This document shows, in pieces, positions 13,172 through 26,179 of a stretch of 64,000 nt of DNA. Each line of letters begins with the position of its first letter. The first letter of the stretch is position 1. The notes under the pieces are model-generated. The model was given only the letters and a program-made list of their open reading frames with translations, was not told the origin of the DNA and did no database searches. Source of the stretch: Styela clava (Eukaryota). The stretch is taken from contig NC_135253.1 of NCBI RefSeq assembly GCF_964204865.1, forward strand, positions 6,944,001 through 7,008,000. Reading direction: 5' to 3'. The translations under genes and the position numbers were made by a program.

Positions 13172-14020
13172 CTACTCTTTATGAAACATGATTGTATTTA
13201 CTTCATAGATAACTTTAAGTTGAATTTCATTGTCCTGTTTATCATTTAACTCCCATATCTCTTTTAGTCGTTTCATCATTTCATCCAAAGGATCTTTGTC
13301 ACCTGTAACGCGATTATTCATTGTATTACGATATTCTCCGATTGTATCAAAATATCCTCTAAAAGTATGAAAAGTGTCATACTTGACGAAAGTAATGTTT
13401 TCGACCCATCTCTTAGTAGGATTTGCCAGTTGATCAAAAATTGGTTCATATCTTTTTTCTACTAAACGATTTCGAGGATGAGCGTAAATTGCTTCAAAGA
13501 ATATTCGTATTGCTTGACGATAGTCGTGCTCCAATGCTAACATTCTTCCTGTATCCATATCGATAACTTCTTTATGTAAATATGCATATAACGCCACACA
13601 ACCGTTACGTTTTAATACTCTCTCACATTCACTTTGAAACAGAGTGATATCCAACCAATGAGCAGCAGTTGCACAATTAACAAATTCAATGCTATTATCT
13701 GGAAGAGGAAACTTTCCACTGTTGACCAATTGAAATTGCACGTTTTTCCTAATATTTTTTTCAATTGCAACTGAAATCTGGCCAGCACTTATGTCTATTC
13801 CCAGTACGGACTCGAAATAAGGAGAAAACAGACATGTAGCTTGACCACCTCCGCAGCCTACATCCAACATTTTTCCCAATTTGGTAAATGGTGTAGAAGA
13901 ATGAATTTGCAAATGTACTTCTTTCATTATTTTTTCTGCAACTTCTTGAGAGTAAGACGGACGATATTTGTCATAGTCTTTTGCTAGGTTCCTTGTTTCA
14001 TAATATCTCAACAATTCCAT
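13172..14020 (-). CDS. Class I SAM-dependent methyltransferase, copy 2
   Basis: Intronless 282-aa ORF, highly similar to copy 1 with the same motifs. It has 3 extra residues (VTG) near the C-terminus. Confidence 0.92.
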   Translation of the reverse strand: MELLRYYETRNLAKDYDKYRPSYSQEVAEKIMKEVHLQIHSSTPFTKLGKMLDVGCGGGQATCLFSPYFESVLGIDISAGQISVAIEKNIRKNVQFQLVNSGKFPLPDNSIEFVNCATAAHWLDITLFQSECERVLKRNGCVALYAYLHKEVIDMDTGRMLALEHDYRQAIRIFFEAIYAHPRNRLVEKRYEPIFDQLANPTKRWVENITFVKYDTFHTFRGYFDTIGEYRNTMNNRVTGDKDPLDEMMKRLKEIWELNDKQDNEIQLKVIYEVNTIMFHKE

Positions 14021-14765
14021 TATTACAAGAACAAATTTTCTATTGCTGAAAAAGATACAGCGTATTTATTGTTTTGCATTCCTGGTAAAATTTTTGTAAA
14101 GTATAATAACATATATAAATCTAAGAAACCTGAAAACAAACTGGCTTCCTGTCAACTGTTTTATTTCAAATTTAATTTAATATAATTTTATAATAATTTT
14201 TTTAATATAAACCTTGAGAAGAAGGTAGACAATAGAACATTGAGTTGATGTAATGCCAAATACTAAACAGATCATGTCTAAATTTATAAAAAAAAATGAT
14301 AACACAGAAATCAAGATAATCAACTTTAACAAGATCATCGATCAAAAATTTACATCAGAGGTAAACCTACAACTACGCTTCCACTTTGTTCACTGTATTT
14401 TTACCCCATAATTTACATATTAGTCCTTCGACAAATAATTGACTGATTGACTTTGTAATATTTCAGATTGTAATGAAAACCTAAATATTGTACTTTCTTT
14501 TTTGTGACAAATATACATCTGTCATGAAAACGGCATTGGTGTTTTATTGGTGAAGAACATTCAAGCCAAATTTTGAAATTTATTTTATGTTGCTATTTGT
14601 GTGAATAGCATAGGCATAGAGGATCTTAGAAACGTTGACCGATGACAGAATGTCAGAATATTTTATGAAAACCACGACATTTACATATTTTAGTAAAGGA
14701 CAGCAATAAATAATATTATTGTGCATATAATGTTGCTAAAACCGATCCTGGAATATTACCTAGTC

Positions 14766-15227
14766 CAGCGTTTCTTAAACTGTGTTCTGCGGAACACTGA
14801 TATTCCGCGAGGTTTTTCGAAGTGCTCCGTGGGACAGGGATCGGAATTGCGACTAAATTGGTGGCCATGGCGGTATCGGAATTACTGCGGCGCCTATTGG
14901 GTCGTAAATTTGTCTCCCAACTTTCGACAAGGCGAACAGTTCTTGCTATCTAAAAGGCGGACAAGCCTCGTGCCAGTCTGGGAAGCATGGTATTTTTGTC
15001 AACCGTTTATTATCGTTATTTAGAAACCATTTTGTGGAAACCATCCTTCTCAATAGACTGTTGGCTCAGAACTGCAAGCCTCAAAAGATGGCGTGATAAG
15101 CAGGTTGTGCAAGTTGATGCATAAAGTAAATTCATTACACAATTTTCTATCATCAATTTTGCCTCCAAATTTCTTGGCGAGATAAAAAGCAATGATGTTC
15201 CGGAGCCAAACAATCTGGGAAACGCTT
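14766..15227. mobile_element. hAT MITE in unit 4 (segmental duplicate of 8819-9282)
   Basis: Same ends and interior as 8819-9282, with flanks ACCTAGTC / ATCTAGTC. Confidence 0.8.
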
Positions 15228-16230
15228 ATCTAGTCCATTGCACAGCAGCATAACATATTTTTACCTCCGAATAAACGGTTTATATAAGAGTGAATTGTAT
15301 GTTGCAAGTAATAAAAGTAAGTTACGCCAGAATGAGGCAAATAAAGGAATTAGAAAATATTTGGAAACTATCCATTAAATAATTAATTATTCCAATTATA
15401 ATTTGCTCAATTTTACCCTGCTCAAATTGAGATTATCGTAAGTCCATATTTATGAATTGGAGTTGGCTTTGAAAATGCGATGTTAATAACATCGCTCACA
15501 TTTTTGTATTATATCTGCAAATACAAAATACCAATTCTATTTATCAATAGTTTTTATAGTAGGCTACTGTATAGTAATTGCTCTTAACGGAAGAATGGTG
15601 TACGTTCAAAGCTGGCTTGAAACAAAGGTTCATTTTACGTGCATAAAATTGGTCACGTGTAGGTCGTAAGCATGACAGCTTCCACTAATTCAAACATTAA
15701 TTAAAATTAAGATTGCAAATTAATTTCAAATTTCAATATCGGTATAGATAAAGATGATGAAGGTACTTGCGCTTCGTTAGTTTAATAAGATGAATTAATC
15801 AAATATTATATTCAAAACGTAAACATTGTTTTTTGGAAGCACGACACCTTCATTGCATGTGGAATGTGCAAAGCGTCTGTACTCTGCAGCAAGGTGCATA
15901 TGTGCACCAAAGTGAGGCGCAACGAAAAGCTTTTCCGACAATGTCCACAAAAGAAATTAATAATCTTATTTAGATGGGATTAAACAATCTTTTGAACATA
16001 GATACTTGAAATAAAAATTACTTTGTTGAATTATATTTACAAATGATCTGTTACGCAACATTTGTGGCAACTTGTGGATCCCCATATATATTGTAAAACA
16101 AACCTTTCATTTTAAAAAGTATGAAATTGCACTACTGATCGAGTAAAGTCTGCGTCAACTATAAATAGATGAGACAATAACAATATTGATTCTCAGTATT
16201 AGAGTATGTCAGACATTTGAGCAGAGTTGG

Positions 16231-17003
16231 CTACTCTTTATGAAACATGATTGTATTTACTTCATAAATAACTTTAAGTTGAATTTCATTATCCTGTTTA
16301 TCATTTAACTCCCATATCTCTTCTAGTCGATTCATCATTTCATCCAAAGGATCTTTGTCACCTGTAACGCGATCGTATCAAAAAATCCTCTAAAAGTATT
16401 AAAAGTGTCATACTTGACGAAAGTAATGTTTTCGACCCATCAAGTAGTAGGATTTGCCTTAGTAGGATTTGCCAGTTGATCAAAAATTGGTTCATATCTT
16501 TTTTCTACTAAACGATTTCGAGGATGAGCGTAAATTGCTTTAAAGAATACTCGTATTGCTTGACGATAGTCGTGCTCCGATGCTAATATTCTTCCTGTAT
16601 CCATATCGATAACTTCTTTATGTAAATATGCATATGACGCCACACAACCGTTACGTTTTAATACTCTTTCACACTCATTTCAAACAGAGTGACATCCAAC
16701 CAATGAGCAGCAGTTGCACAATTAACAAATTCAATGCTATTATCCGGAAGAGGAAACTTTCCACTGTTGACCAATTGAAATTGCACTTTTTCATATTATT
16801 ATTTCCAATTGCAACTAAAATCTGGCCAGCACTTGCACACATGTCTATTCCCAGTACGGTCTCGAAATAGGGAGAAAACAGACATATAGCCTGACCACCT
16901 CCGCAGCCTACATCCAACATTTTCCCCAATTTGGTAAATGGTGCAGAAGAATGAATTTGCAAATGTACTTCTTTCATGATTTTTTTCTGCAACTTTCTGA
17001 GAC
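16231..17003 (-). pseudogene. Methyltransferase copy 3, pseudogene
   Basis: Colinear with copies 1 and 2 but 5'-truncated at ~17003, with no start region. Has an insertion/frameshift near 16835, a local duplication of AGTAGGATTTGCC near 16445-16473 and a deletion near 16373. Confidence 0.88.
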
Positions 17004-18600
17004 TTAGAATTGGCACTCTAAACATGCATTTATTTTAGTCAGTGTGCAGCAAAATTTTATAGCGAGCCATCTGGAACTCGCAGCCTTGAACATGGCAATA
17101 CTTTTGTCATGGTCCGTTTTAATGGGGTTGCACACATTTGGATTTCCAACTAGGCAGTCCCTAATGTCATAGCAAATTGATTATGTCTGAGATATTCTTC
17201 GCTTATATGTTATCTTTTCAATTTATTTTTAACCAACTTTTTATATACTGCTATCTAGTATTTTATTGATGTGACACCGGATTAGGATAGAAGTTAGTCA
17301 ACGCGGTTTAAAGATTGTTGCTTTTCATATAACCACAAATATTTTAAAAATCTGGTCTGATCTGTTCCTTTGTTGAATTTCATTTAAAATTGATAATTTA
17401 AATATTTTTTGTCGAGTTTGAACTGTAAATGTATTCCATATTAATATTATATATAATAGGAATCCAGTGAGTTGGGACGGAACAGAAAAATAGGTTTCAT
17501 GAACAAGCCTGGTAAATCGCCGGTATCTCGAATAACACCACAAACCTCAAGATGCCATTGCTAGCACCATTTACTTTCATACACCCCATATAATATTTTC
17601 CATTATATCATTGTCCAATGGTTGGAAGTTTTCGAAAAAGTTTCTCATGAAATTGAATTTTAATTAGCGTACTTGGGAATACAGTATGCACAGTTATTAG
17701 TAGATCATCAATATGTCAAATATATAGTTACTTATAAATAAGGAGGCATATAGTGGGCCGATACATTTTATTTTTAATAGTATTTTTATTTGTACAAAAA
17801 TAATTGCTATAGCATAATTAGTTGTGGTTATGGTATGTCCATTCAAATTGCAGGCAATTCGTAGAAATATTCACTCATCAAAATATCCTCAAATAAACCG
17901 GAAAAGGTACGAAGATGTATAATTAACAATTGTTTCGGCGTGAGCTAATCGGAAACAAAGAAGCAAATATTCCGGTTCATGTGAGTCATTCGACGCACGA
18001 AAATAAAGACATCTCGTGAATGCAGCTATACCTTCATCTCACAATAAGTTTAATAAAATATAATATCAATTGAACGAAGGTAATATTGTCTAGCTTGCAG
18101 CCCACTCACATTTATATTAACTCAACGAAAGTATTCACAATAAAGTGGAGCAAAATAAGACATATATATAAATCAAATTACAATATAAAATTTTGTTCTG
18201 ATTCTTAATTGCAAATTGACCATGCCACAAAATTCTGAAATTAATCACTTTCTGACAAAATATAGGACATGCTATTGGATAGGAAAATTTGACACTCATA
18301 ATTTGTTTTGATGTTTTATCTTTTTATTGGAGATATATTACTAGCTGAGAAACTAGAAATTATAAGCTTTTGAGTACAGTATCAATACTAAGATATGTTT
18401 TTTGATCTTGTCCCAACGTTTGTAACCTGGCATAAGCGCTCGCGTCTGCATACGCAGAAAACTTCGACGTTTTTTCGTATATTGTGTGTTGTTAAAGCAT
18501 CATTTCGGAAAGACGAAGAGTAACATTACCGAGGTTTTTAGATTGGTTTGTATAGAAAATCATTATCGTGTTATGCAATTGTTTGCTATTATTTTTATAG

Positions 18601-21600
18601 CAATCTGTCAGCAGTTTATAATATACCCGGCCAAAGATTGTGCTAGCTAACTGATTTCTTTTATGAAAACACTTTGCGGAAACGGATGAACCGACGGTAT
18701 ATCGACGACAATCGAGTAACTCAGTTTAGAACTAATATTCAGGATGGAAGCAGATGCACGATACTTTGTGTTGTTTCTAGTATATATAAATTTATATTCA
18801 ACAAAAGGTATGTATATACATTTTGTGATGTAAATAAATTGCGTCAATTCCATATTCAAGAGCTAAAAGTATAGAAAATAGAAAGCCAGAATAAGGTAGA
18901 TTTTACTATGTTTTGTAAATATCTACTATCTATTGATAATTCAGGATTTTCTCGAGGTTAATATTCTTTTTCTTGTTTATTCAGGTGACAAAGCGCAGCT
19001 AGTCATTGATGCAATCAACCTTGACTCGGCCACCATTCTCTCGTTGCTTCCTGACTTTTCCGATGATTTTGTCATTGATCTAAATATAAATCCCAACGAC
19101 GAACAGGAGATGATATATGGAATAAACATTCTCGATGGCGAAGGAATCATTGACAAGGTTGTGTGGCAAAATATTTATTATTAGAATAGATAAACTTGAA
19201 ATACGAATATTTCCCGGTGTAAGGATAGTTCAATTATTACTTTCTTATTATTTAACTTATACAGAATAGTAGAAAAAAGAGTGTGTTACATGGGCAGAGA
19301 TAAAAGAATGTATTTATTTATCCTGTAATCACACAAACTTGAAAAGCACTTCAGTTTTAAATTCAAAAGTACTGTTTTAGTAAACAAAATATAATATTGA
19401 TACTCTTTTTTTAGTCATGGATAATAGATCGACATGAATTAATATCATGCACTTGCAAATTGTGAGTAATATATATTATTAAGATCATTTTTGTAGATTT
19501 TGTATTAAGATCGGCTTAAAACTGCAGTTCCTAATTTGCATTGATTTGAATCTGGCAACTTGAAATGCCCATTCGAACTCACACAAGTCTAATTGATTAA
19601 TTTGGGAGAGCGTTACGCAATCGAATTAAATAATAATCATAATTTTCGGTATCAACCATATTTAATGAATGCGTCAACAAAAAGTTTTTAATCCTAATAG
19701 ATGATTTCTAAATTATTTATATTACGATTTATATCTAATACGGTATGAATTTAATGATCTATGAAGCTATCACATATTCACGCAGCCTTTTTTTCACTTT
19801 AGTTATCCAAAAGATGCTGAAATAGCTTTCATGATAGACGGTCCGCCGCATTTGGATGTATTATGGTTTTCAAATCATGACAGAGATGACGACATTGTCA
19901 CATCAAGAGTAGGGTATTTATTATTACGCATGAATGGATGTTTCTCATTAGAGCATTAACGTTCGGTTTTATGCTGAAATGGGCCACGCACTGAGTATCT
20001 TGGGGAAAACCTGTAGTTATTCTGTATTTTCTAAACAAAAATGCCCTTTGACCTCACATTATTCTTTTCATTCAAACTTTTTTCCCTGTTCAATCCGTAA
20101 TTACTTCATGAACTGAGCTTTTTGTCAATAATTTTGCGAGAAATCAAAAAAGAATGATTCATAAAACTTTATGTTTTATTGGCTGATGAAATCATTTAAT
20201 AGGGCCAATAAAAATGTTCCGTGAGTACATCATTCGTGTTGTCAACATCGCCAATATGAATTCATAAACACAATTAAAGTCAGTAAATTTCTATTTTAGC
20301 GAAAATCAAAAAATCATCAATGAAGCTTAGTTATAGATATTACATTGCATATAGTATAACCATTATATTATACGTGGTGTACGCAGAGTTTCATATCCCT
20401 GGCGAGAAGTTACATGTGACACTCTAAAAAGTAATATTATAGCGAAAATATATTTAGTTGATCGTCTCCACATCTTTGTTTTATTTTCAATTTACTTTTT
20501 GTCAGGTTTACGGATTTGTCCCGCAGGATGAATTTATGGCCAATTCTGTGGTGCTACACACATCTGAAAGCGAAACAACATTTGGGGAATGTGATATGAA
20601 GTATTTTGTCGCACAATTCCATGGTTTCCCCCATACAATGGTCAACATCAATTTCTATGCGTACAACCGCCTTGTAAGTAAATAATTTAGAAAACAGTAT
20701 AATTATTCCATCAAATGTTTTTATTTTGTAATATGTATATTTGGTATGTAGGAGTAATTCCCTTTAGATATCTTTTGGAAATATATTGCACTTCTAAATG
20801 ACTTCAGTCACTACTTCTATTTTGTTTTGCAATTGGTCTATTCCGACAACTAGGTATGCCAAGGCTGCTGCCATTAAAGCACCAACCGTACCATCCGCTA
20901 TTATTCAGGTCCAGTAGTCAAAAGTGTAGAATTCTGCTGCCATACCTCTATTACCTATTTGTAATGAAAACTTTTTGTGATAGAGCTCAAATGTTATTCT
21001 GCCTGACCGATGGGAAAACGAAGCTTTTTATGATGGTTTTTTTGATGGAATATACTTGGTTGAAAGTCTTGCTTCTGGCGCTCCAAAAAATGTCATGTTT
21101 GGCTATTCTGCGGCTTCTGAGTAAGTTCACTTTTCTGTAGATGTTTTGCTTTTTCAAAGAACTGTTCGCAAACATTTTTAAAATTGATTTTTTATTATTT
21201 TTTTTTTTTTTTATAATAACCAAGTTCTTGTTATATTTATTTTTTATTTTTCTAACTGTTGTTTTTTAGAATAAATGGGAATCTATTTTCTGACACCGAC
21301 ATTCAAAATTACATGAACGCACTATTAGAAAAGATGTGTCCCATAATTTCCCAAGGTATGCTGTTTCGGGTATTTATTGTTGTTCATCTAAACAAGTATC
21401 CTGTAAGAAATATTTTTCATTTTTAAATACTCCCAATAAATCAAAAGTCTATTAAAATTGATATTATTATATAGATTAGTTATGATGCGATTTATTAATC
21501 TTCCACCCGGCAAAGGATATAGCTTTATACGAGACTTTATTAACCAGCAAAACAATGCTAATAACCATTATCATTCCCGGAAAATATTTAAGAAGTCGCA

Positions 21601-24600
21601 TTAATTCATTGTTCATTTTGATTTTTTCTTCTTTTAATTAATATATTTGTATTTTTTTTGTGAGATCTCGGATGCTGTGAAAATGGCAAGATGACTGCAT
21701 ATTTTTGTCCAGATAAAAGGATTTGCAAATGTAATCCCGGATGGACTGGTGCTTGCTGTGATACAGGTAAGTGGCCTATTTTATTGTTTGCATGAATCAT
21801 AGTCATGAAGTTGCGATTTATTTAACTTCGATCAAGATCAAAAGGTCAGGCTTATCAAAATTATACTTTAGAATGTATAAATGGCGAAGAAATTTACTTG
21901 CCACCGTATGGAACATCTACTTGTAAGTGTGATAATGGCTGGGGAGGACAATCTTGCACTGAAGGTATTTCTTCTATTATTTGACGTTGTAATCATTTTT
22001 GGACACGAAATGAACCTATAGAGATCGATTTGTTATTATGGGGTTGTCGTGGTTAGTATTATTCTTTTTCTTGTTGTTATGAAAAATCTCTTTTTTTTTA
22101 ATTACTTTAGATATTACTTTGAAATTTCCAGTGGTTGAAGATTTTTGTTGTCGCTAGAGGGCGACTTTTGTATGCGCTGTGAAAATTGTTTGTTCTTGTG
22201 TCCAAGTTTGCGATCGTTATAATCTGTTGGTCTACTCCAGTTAAAGTTGTAAAGATTACCGTACCGATAGTGTGGAATATTTTATACCAGTACTTCTTTT
22301 TGTTTGACACCGTGCCATATATTTTATTAGGTTGTAATATTGAAAATTAAGCAGTGGACTGCCGTCTCATTTACATGTTCAAACAAAAAGTGCAGGAATA
22401 ATTGTTCAAAAACTTCATTATATTTTTCTAGCAAACCATCTTTCAATTTTTTTCAATGAGTTCAATTCAAAATCTCCAGTGTGTGGATCGTTTATAACTC
22501 ATCATAAATCGTATTCATATGACTTTAGCAACCAAAACCTTATAAGTTTTTATCTACCTGGTGGTTATCAAATGATAGAAATGCACGACGTGAGTATATT
22601 CAAATTGTCGATTGATTCTAAAGCCATTGTAATTTTTTGTTTCATAAGCGAATATGACGTGACACCGAAAATTGCAAATAGCGTTTTTTTTTTTTATACC
22701 AGACGAATAAATATTTTGCATTTGTTTTTGTGATTGTAAACTTTGATAGTTTTTGTCCAAGTATTATTACGCAAACATAACGGACAAGAATTTAACATAT
22801 TGTTCAAGTCAAGAATACCATATAATTTAGGTTGTATTATCATATCAAAAACACTTTCGGTATTTCTAATTCCACAAATATTTAATGCTCCATATTTCTG
22901 GCTTTGTTGATAGCGAATGGCGACGATGCAGAGAAAAAAAATTATTAGCTGTTTCAGCAATCGTTCTATGTTTATTTTATTAGTATTTTTTTAATAAATT
23001 TATTAACAATTTATTTGATATATTCAGCCAAGTATCTTCGTAGAACTAGGCAGCTTTGAAGAACACAATGAAAATAATCATCATCATATTTTGGACGATT
23101 GCGTTACTTGTGGACTTAGAGAGAATTCCGGAAAGTATGCAGATCTCATTGATTTACGAACATAAAACAATTGAATAACAATACTAAATTAACGTTATGA
23201 CATGGCATATACATTGAGTGAAAATTGTCTAAATTTTTAATGTCCGCAAAGATGACAAAAAATAATTGAGTACCAAAAAGTCGAATAAACATAAACTTTT
23301 AACATGATAAAAAAATTATCTTTTAGTTTGCTAGGGGTAGATTGGAAAGCGGGATTTGATAATGATTTTACTGTAGTAGGATGGATTGCAAATGATGAAA
23401 TGGACTGGGATATATTTGGTCTTGATGTGAGTATCATTTTTGAAATAAAGAATCTAAAACATTACTGCATGATTTGTTTTTAATAAATATATAGCATTTT
23501 ATATCACTGTAATATTATAGTACAAAAAACTTATAAAAATGTATAATCCTTTTTCATACATGATAAATTTGCATTTGCGGCAACTACTTCATAATTAAAA
23601 TTTGACGTGGTAAATTTGATGTAAAAATGAATCTGATTTATCGTTAGAGAATGTTGTGCAGCAGCCTTATTCCCATTCGAATTTTTTCAGGCGTATATTG
23701 GGATACCAGACTTCTATGACAGCGATTCGACATTAACCGGGGATAAAACAGTTGATGATTGCAGAATGGTGTACAAGTTATTACAGAGGTTTTCCTCATT
23801 TGCACCTGGAACGACTGTAGAAATATATTTCACCGCAGGAGATGTGCGGGTTAGTTGAATATAAAGTATTTTTCATAGTCACGAGAAATAGCCAGTCCGT
23901 TTTCTTTTCTATACAGTCTATACAAATAGGCAATATTTTACGACATGCAGGCCTTACCAAGTTGTCAATCGGGTGTGTTATAAAACTCGTGTAATTTTTT
24001 TTTAAGCAAGATGTGTACGTACCTATGGATCGTTCTGTAGCTGTGGTAAACCGAATGATTTCAGATTTGCAGTTTTCAAAGTTTGATCAAGTTAATAAAA
24101 GTCACCAATTTTTTGCTGAACTTTTAACTAAATGAGAACACTTTTTATTCCGTATTGGTCGAACGCCTCATTATTGCTTGCCGCCAAGCTTATCAGAAAA
24201 TTTTTTCTCGGTTTCAACGGTAGTGGAACTAATGTGCGATCGTCAAATATTTATGAATTGAACATTTGTTTGACGTGTTGTTTTTTGCTGGTCTATGAAT
24301 ACCTGTTTGTATTTGAATTCATTTATTGAAAATAATACTTTATCATTATTTTTGTTTCAAATCAATATACCCGGGAAATAAGGTATTCGAATTTACATAT
24401 GAACCTTAAAACAAACTCTTGAATTTTCAATAAAACTTCTGAAAAGAGTCACATTCAATATAATCAAACGAATTCATCCATGTAATATTTAGTACTCGAG
24501 AATGCCTACGGATCAAACCGCTCGGACCGAGATGCTTGACGGTGGATGTCTATGTTTTTCCAGCGAATTTTTTACAGAGTATTTTATCAATGGATCTCCT

Positions 24601-26179
24601 GCTAACGTCATGATAGGATACTTTCTTGCAGTAAGGTACGTATTCCAATTGCATATCAATGATTGGATATTCTAATAACTACCTTTTGATAACTCATCAT
24701 AAATTGTCGATTTATTACAAAAATTTAATTTTTAATGAATGTTAAATAAAATGAGTTCAAAAGGCACAACCACTTCAAAGTAAAATTCCGACTTGAAAAA
24801 AAAATACATCGAGTGATTAGACAGAATTAGATATATACAGTATATATAAACCAGAATAACAACATAATAGTAATAATAATAATGAAAAAACATGTACACT
24901 TCGGGTCTGAAAATAGCGGGTATTTTTTTAAATAATCAATTTTTCAACTTTGAGCAATCGTAATTTTCAAATCCCTAAAAGCTCAGCAATATTTGTGCTA
25001 AGGCACATCTCAAATTTTTTATCATTTTCAGCTTTGACGATCAAAACTTTGATCCGTATGAGATACCAGATGAAGAGTTGATGAACGTTATCGATTGTTT
25101 GATGGAATCAGTCTGTTCAGTCGTGTCACGAAGTATGCATAAATAAATTCATAAACATAATACAAACAAAATTTCACTGAGTAGGTGATAGTGTTATTGA
25201 AACTATAACTGGCATATATATGCAATTTCTAATTCACTGAAATTTATCTTATATCGACGAGCATACCGTGTATTTATTTATCAACTTGCCTGCGATTGAG
25301 AAATGGACATTAAGACAAAGTATAGGAACGTTGGAGTTCTCTTAATACCTGAAATAACCCTTCAGAAGGAAATTGTCGTGATTGAATTGCATATGATACT
25401 ATTGATTTTGTGCAAGAAATCAAATAATAATTGTATCAATTGTCAAGTTTCCAGATATGTTTGGAATTTAAGCATTCTAGAAAAGACATATATCACTCAT
25501 CCGTTAGATGTAGGTTTTTAGCCTACAAATTCAAATCAGTCACGAAAATTAATATTCTATATTTGGTTATATAATTCGTATTACAAGATATGCATAGGTT
25601 AGATTTCAAAAATTTAAACCATAAAATAGGATGCATTCATGGCACACTGACGGGAACCAGTGGAACCGCATTGGAATGCGTATGCTCGCCTGGATGGATC
25701 GGCGTCCATTGTGATTTACGTAAGTGATAAAGATTATGTTCTACATAATTTCAAGTGATGCGATGCGCTAGTTTGTGTTCAAATGAAGCAACGCTGTTTT
25801 TAAACCAATCTAATATTGAGTTCATTGCTAAACCAGCTAATTTGCTGCTTATTTCACCTATATTATTTTCGCAGAAATCATCTAATTATAGGACAGTTTT
25901 TCAGTAATTTTCGAAATGTTGTTTGCACTCTTTTAATCCAGTTATTATGGCTGGCTTAATATTTTTATTGATAATTAACAACTAAAACTGGGTTTATTAA
26001 TAACGCTATGCTAAAACGCAATAGTGAACTGAACGTAGTAAGTTATGCTTAAATATGTCATGCAATAAACCTCGGCTATGTTATTGCCCTCTGTTTCTTT
26101 GTAACCCGACATCAAGCAATCTCAAGCCATATCATAATATTGTGAGAATCTTTTTTCAAACTATGTTTCAGCTTGCTAA
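18601..26179 (+). CDS. Multi-exon gene, likely extracellular: two copies of an unrecognised ~240-250-aa module, each followed by EGF-like repeats (5' end unresolved, possibly partly pseudogenised)
   Basis: Phase-compatible exon chain of ~590 codons: 18985-19157, 19415-19461, 19803-19908, 20506-20673, 20984-21120, 21270-21355, 21665-21766 (EGF, CKCNPGWTGACC), 21872-21964 (EGF, CKCDNGWGGQSC), 22480-22589, 23028-23134, 23327-23426, 23691-23849, 24007-24045, 24493-24635, 25032-25132, 25630-25719 (EGF, CVCSPGWIGVHC), 26172-26179 (PC*). Candidate exons 18601-18779 and 22111-22260 contain in-frame stops. Confidence 0.7.

Larger units (their letters stand above)
3505..17003. repeat. Tandem segmental duplication of the methyltransferase locus, four units (A-B-A-B)
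   Basis: The same non-coding blocks recur, e.g. AAATTTACATCA..CACTTTGTTCACTGTATTT at ~3505, ~8400 and ~14345, and CCATTG..AATAAACGGTT at ~3930, 9290, 12425 and 15235. Units: 3505-8400, 8400-~10160, 12417-14345, 14345-17003. Confidence 0.85.
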
